Shown one piece after another: positions 59,577-64,000 of a DNA stretch of 64,000 nt. The first letter of the stretch is position 1, and the number at the start of each line of letters is the position of its first letter. Location: positions 1-64,000 of the forward strand of contig JANHCV010000011.1 in the NCBI GenBank assembly GCA_025594325.1. Direction: 5' to 3'. Origin of the DNA: Blastocladiella emersonii ATCC 22665 (taxonomy: Eukaryota > Fungi > Blastocladiomycota). The position numbers were made by a program, and so were the translations under genes. The notes below the pieces were generated by a model. The model was not told where the DNA came from. It made no database searches and worked only from the letters and a program-made list of their open reading frames with translations.

Positions 59577-59705
59577 CGCGCAAAGCTGTTACGCGCAAAG
59601 CTGTTACGCGCGAAGCTGCCACGCGCGAAGCTGCCACGCGCGAAGCTGCCACGCGCGAAGCTGCCACGCGCGAAGCTGCCACGCGCGAAGCTGCCACGCG
59701 CGAAA
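59577..59705 (+). repeat. 15-bp minisatellite, 8 units
   Basis: 2 x CGCGCAAAGCTGTTA followed by 6 x CGCGCGAAGCTGCCA. Confidence 0.95.
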
Positions 59706-60254
59706 CAGCGCAAGCGCCCAACGTGGCGCGGGCTTTAGCCCTCGATTGAAAACCAGACGCGAAGCGTCTAGGTGCCTCAAGTATAATGCTTGGAGTATCG
59801 CGAGCATGGTCGCGGGTCGGTGTCTCACACCCCGCTTGACCTTCACTGGCCGGCGTCAAGCGCCGAGGTTCCGCGGGTTAGGCCGAAGCGGATCACGTGC
59901 GCGGCGGGAACGCGTTGCGCCACACCGGTCAGATGACAAACGACGCGTCTGTCACGCGTTTCGAGGACATTCACATGACCAGAGGGAGACATGCTCACGT
60001 GAGCGTTGGCAGCCCGCCCGGCCGCAACGCGGTCTAAAAAGAGGGCTTTAGCCCTCAACTTGATCCACCTAGACGCTTCGCGTTTGGTTTTCAATCGAGG
60101 GCTAAAGCCCGCGCTGCGTTGGGCGCTTGCGCCGTGCGGGTGCGCTTCCGCTTGAGTTGTGAGTAGGCGTCCGTTGAACGAGTCCTGAACATCGGCTCAG
60201 TGGCAATACCCGCCAGGGTCGTGGGGTGGCGCGTCGCAGCACAGCGCGTTGCAG

Positions 60255-61090
60255 CACTGTGAAGACCGCGTCCAGATCCCAGCGGACGGCGGCCGTGATA
60301 CCCAGCGTTAGATGCGCGGAGGCGCCCTGGTTGGCGAGCGCGTCGGCCTTCTTGTTGCCCGAGTTCCCGACGTGGCCGCGGACCCACTCAAAGTTGACGT
60401 AGAGCTCGCGGGCCGCAATAGTTCAGCGGAGCACGGCCCACTCGAGCGAGCAGTTTGCGTGGACCGGCACCCAAGGACACTGCGAGAGCAGCTTGACGGC
60501 CGATTCAATGACGCCCCTGTTGTTGAGAGTGAGGATGAGCTTGGCGCCGCGGTGAGCGGACGCGGTGGCGAAGATGCTCCACAGCTCGGAGCGGAAGCTC
60601 GAGTGGTTCCCGTCAAGGGCGCAAAGAGCAAGTTGCAGCAATCCGCTCGCAAACACGCCAGAGCCCGCCGCCACGTCTGGCGAACCAGCGCCGCCGCGCG
60701 GCAGTCTGTGTAAATAGTCCCACCTGGAATACCCTGTGCATCATTGGCGAAGTTGTGCAGGAGAGGCGACTGCGCGGAGCCAACGGGATTCGGCACCGCC
60801 GCCCTGTCCATGAAGCGCGCGAGCTGCGTGAGCCGCGCGGTGGGATCACACACAACCGGGTCGAACGTGTCAGGAGGAGTTAGGTGGCGAGTAACGAGTG
60901 TACGTGGTCCGAGCAGCTTGGACTCGAAGGAAGGGCCACCGTGAGGTATGCCCCCCTTGAATACTCTGGATCGGGGCGAGGTTGGCGCAGCCAGGGCAGT
61001 ACTTGATCTCGTCAGCCAGGCCGTCCATGACGTGGATGAGGTCGTAGATATTGTTGGCCAAGTCCGCGGCGTAAAACGGTAGTAGAGCTC
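60255..61090 (-). pseudogene. Non-LTR remnant, copy 3 (RNase H)
   Basis: GTIYTD..GNHSSFRSEL..LNNRGVI..FEWVRGHVGNSGNKKADALANQG, with frameshifts. Confidence 0.75.
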
Positions 61091-63544
61091 GTCGGCCGAG
61101 TCCGCAGCTGGCGACATGACAACGCGTTTGATAAAGCTGACGCCAACCGAAGCTGATCACGTGCACAGCGGGGACGCGTTGCGCCACAGTGGTCAGATGA
61201 CAAACGACGCGTCTTTCACGCGTTTCGAGGCGATTTACATGAACATAGGGAGGCACGCTCACATGAACGTTGGCACCCTACCCGGCCGCAACGCGTTCTA
61301 AAAAGGGGGCTTTAGCACTCCATGTTAAGATCGCTGGGTGAGTGAGGGGGGGGGGGACGAGAGATGAATCAATTTAGCACAGCGCGTTCCAGCTTTGGAC
61401 GCGGTCGTGCGGTCACATCTGTCAGTCGATTCAAATGCAGTTTAGTCCTTGGTTTCGTCATTAGAAAAGACGCGCCCCTCGTTGTGAAAGCTGCTGGAAG
61501 TCCCCGCTCGTCGCTTGCCGCTTGCTGTCCTTCTCAGTGCTTTCTAGTCCGCAGTGGGCGCTCTCCGCGTGATCTGCGAGCCGAGGCTAATAATTTTGAC
61601 ACTGTGCCACTATCCGGCCAAACGAAACTTGATGCATCATTCTCCCTTGCCCGCGTGGGAGGTGTGACTGTTGCAGACGTGACGGGAGTTGATCACGCAA
61701 GTAAGCAGGCAATGAGTCCAAGCTTGCCAACATCCCCACGAGAACCTTAAACGTTGCTGTAATATCTATCCATTGCGCCTTGCAAGGTAATTTGCACTTG
61801 AGCCAGTTTGCAAGCTAAGCATGAAGGAAGTGGGCTGCGCGACCCGCTGGCGGCGGCAGGCTAGGGAGCTTACACGCCCACCACAGCGCTCACTTCACTT
61901 ACTCCCTCCACCTTCCTTGCATATTTTACGCATGTTTCAGGTGGCACTTGATACGATAGATTCAACAAGTGTACACTCTCCGGATTGCGCTCAATTGATG
62001 TCTTGTTGCGTGAACTGTGATATCCACTTGTGATTTGGCTATTTGCAGCTTCAGTCAGTCAATATGGTCGCTAACCAAGTTGGAGACCTGCCTTTGAGCA
62101 ATGAGCAATACGTTGCGCGCGCTGATTCATGGCTCTATCTATCGTGAAGCTGGCAGCAAACAAGTAGCATGGCGGCTCTAAGAGCGCCGCCATGTGGCAG
62201 ATAGTGGAGCTCAATTACGATGGGCTACATGTGCTCGTAGCAGCAACTCAAGCGCAGCCCCTCTATGACCCCATAGTTGAGCGAAGAAATAACATCCTTC
62301 GCAGCTCTCCAAAGTGGCCCATCACGCGTTCCATTTGCTCAATTGCGCCAACTAAAACAAAACCTATGCACTCGATTCAAGTCCAGAAGGTTTGAAGCGT
62401 ACCAGTTCAGTGCCGTGGGTGTTTTTCGTTGGTTGAGCGACCATCCCATGCGCACTTGCCAAGGAGCTAACATGACAGCACGCCCAGTACGAGGGCTCAA
62501 CAACTTCGCTTACAGCAGGCTCTCATTGTCCTTCAATGTCAGGGCCCGTTTGGTCCAAAAAAGCGTTCTGACGCCACATCACAACAAACCGCCAGAACAA
62601 GCTCGTTCCGCTCCAGCCTGTTCTGATCAGAACCGTAACCCAAACGTCACTGCCCTATTTTATTCTCACACTCACTGAGAACGCTCGCTGCGACCCAACA
62701 GAAGCGCTCAAGCTACAATATGCCTCAGTATGCCTTTTATCACCTTCATATACTCGGTTTTGTTGCTATCAGCACTTGCATCAGCGGATAGAGCGTGTTC
62801 AGCTCAGATACGGACATTGCGCTCAGTCTTGTTCCCATTCTTCACCTCCCCGCCAGAATGGACAAGCGCGCTTCTATCATGATCTTTTATCGCTACTTTG
62901 AGGCCTAAACAGCCGAGGTAGTGAGTGTGTATGCGGTTGTTTTGTGGTCAGGGCTCGCATGAACCACGCAGTTGGCGGTTTGCCTTAACGCTTCTCAGCA
63001 CTGACAGTATTACGCAGGGCGCAAACTGCCTTTCAGCTGTGCTGGACGCAACAACGATATACGTCGTTTATGGACGTCGTAGCGCGCTGTCTTTGCCAGG
63101 GACGCTGACCTCCTTGAGCTTGGAGGACGCATCAGGCGTATCATCAATGGAATGATAAGGGCCGTGGCGCGCGTTCCGCTTTTAAGAGTAAACGTAGCGG
63201 TGCTGTAGGTAGCAACGTTAATCATTGCTTTGGTGTTCGAAAGAGTGCTGCGCGGTCTGACGGACGCGGGGGAGCGGGCAAAGCGCAGGGGAGTGCAAGC
63301 GTGTACACAGCAGCCCTCACATAGGCGTGGGAGTAAGTACTTCCCATTTGCATATCTCTAGTCCGCGTTACCTTTCGCCTGACATCATCTCCATCCATGC
63401 GGACGCGACCCTGTTGTAGTTTAGGACCGTCGCTGCACAGCTGACGCCTGTACAAGCGGACGGCGACCTTTGTTCAAGGTGCCAAGGGAGCGCTGGTCCA
63501 GTTGGGTCAATACATTTTATTGTACTTTGCTGCGTAGAGCTGCG

Positions 63545-63586
63545 TTTATATTTATATTTATATTTATATTTATATTTATATTTATA
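63545..63586 (+). repeat. (TTTATA)7 microsatellite
   Basis: Read directly from the sequence. Confidence 0.97.
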
Positions 63587-63845
63587 TTTTTGTGGCAGCT
63601 GGGCCGAGGAAAGTGAACGGAGAGGTGAACGCAAGGTGCGTGCAAGCAGTGGAGCAGTGGTGCTCAGGCTTTTTTCTGAGCAGGCGGCCAAATAGAGGGA
63701 TTAGCGGTGATTTTAATGTGAGATCCCAGTGAGCCTAGTCAAACAAGGCGCTTTCCACTCGGCGATGATTCATGACTGGAGTCTGGGTTGAGCCGAGTCC
63801 ATGTTCCGGGCAGCTTAGCTTCAGCAGTTCACGCATTTAAACAGA

Positions 63846-63917
63846 GGTCCTATAGTGTAGCGGTCATCACACCAGACTCTGAATCTGGTAACCTGAGTTC
63901 GAATCTCAGTAGGACCT
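63846..63917 (+). tRNA. tRNA-Gln(CTG), intronless, 72 nt
   Basis: Acceptor stem GGTCCTA/TAGGACC, anticodon arm CCAGA-CTCTGAA-TCTGG, T loop GTTCGAATC, downstream TTTT Pol III terminator. Confidence 0.97.
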
Positions 63918-64000
63918 GACATTTTATTCAGTTTATAGCGTGTTGTTTGCATTTGGAACGATTGCTTTTCACACTCTCTGATGTTTAGCCAGCTAAATAT

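Noticed and set aside
52222-59705. Tandem arrays as possible CRISPR
   Set aside because: Units are head-to-tail with no unique spacers, there are no cas genes, and the context is eukaryotic.
63368-63691. ORF with KYKYKY repeat
   Set aside because: Translation of the (TTTATA)7 microsatellite.

Overview
Eukaryotic window with very GC-rich genes and short GT-AG introns (57-121 nt). Fungal-specific WOPR plus animal-shared ANKRD39/CCDC97/PASK-type genes suggest an early-diverging fungus such as Blastocladiomycota (inference). 1-34.4 kb is a dense housekeeping block: NADH glutamate synthase (partial), UTP22, CCDC97-like, a 4-exon SWSAP1/RAD51-paralog-like gene not recoverable from the ORF track, ANKRD39-like, a CGI-58/CLD1-type hydrolase, a TLC protein, a Gti1/Pac2 WOPR factor, CTF8, RRP3, TMA16, an SCP2-type thiolase, a WKF protein, NCS6 and a PAS kinase. 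About 35.3-61.3 kb is a nested transposon island. It holds a broken PIF1 (Helitron-like) helicase, an intact chromodomain Gypsy element (identical LTRs, 5-bp TSD, -1 slippery site, self-priming-type PBS), an apparently intact 7.0-kb AcademH-type DNA transposon (TAG..CTA TIRs, 9-bp TSD, intron-containing RecQ-like helicase and DUF6589-like transposase), a decayed gag-less Copia whose LTRs differ only at CpG, and three RNase H-bearing non-LTR remnants (two with a zf-RVT finger) with hairpin modules and 15-bp arrays. A lower-GC spacer and a tRNA-Gln(CTG) gene close the window. All calls are by motif recognition and manual splice and repeat reading; no database searches were run.
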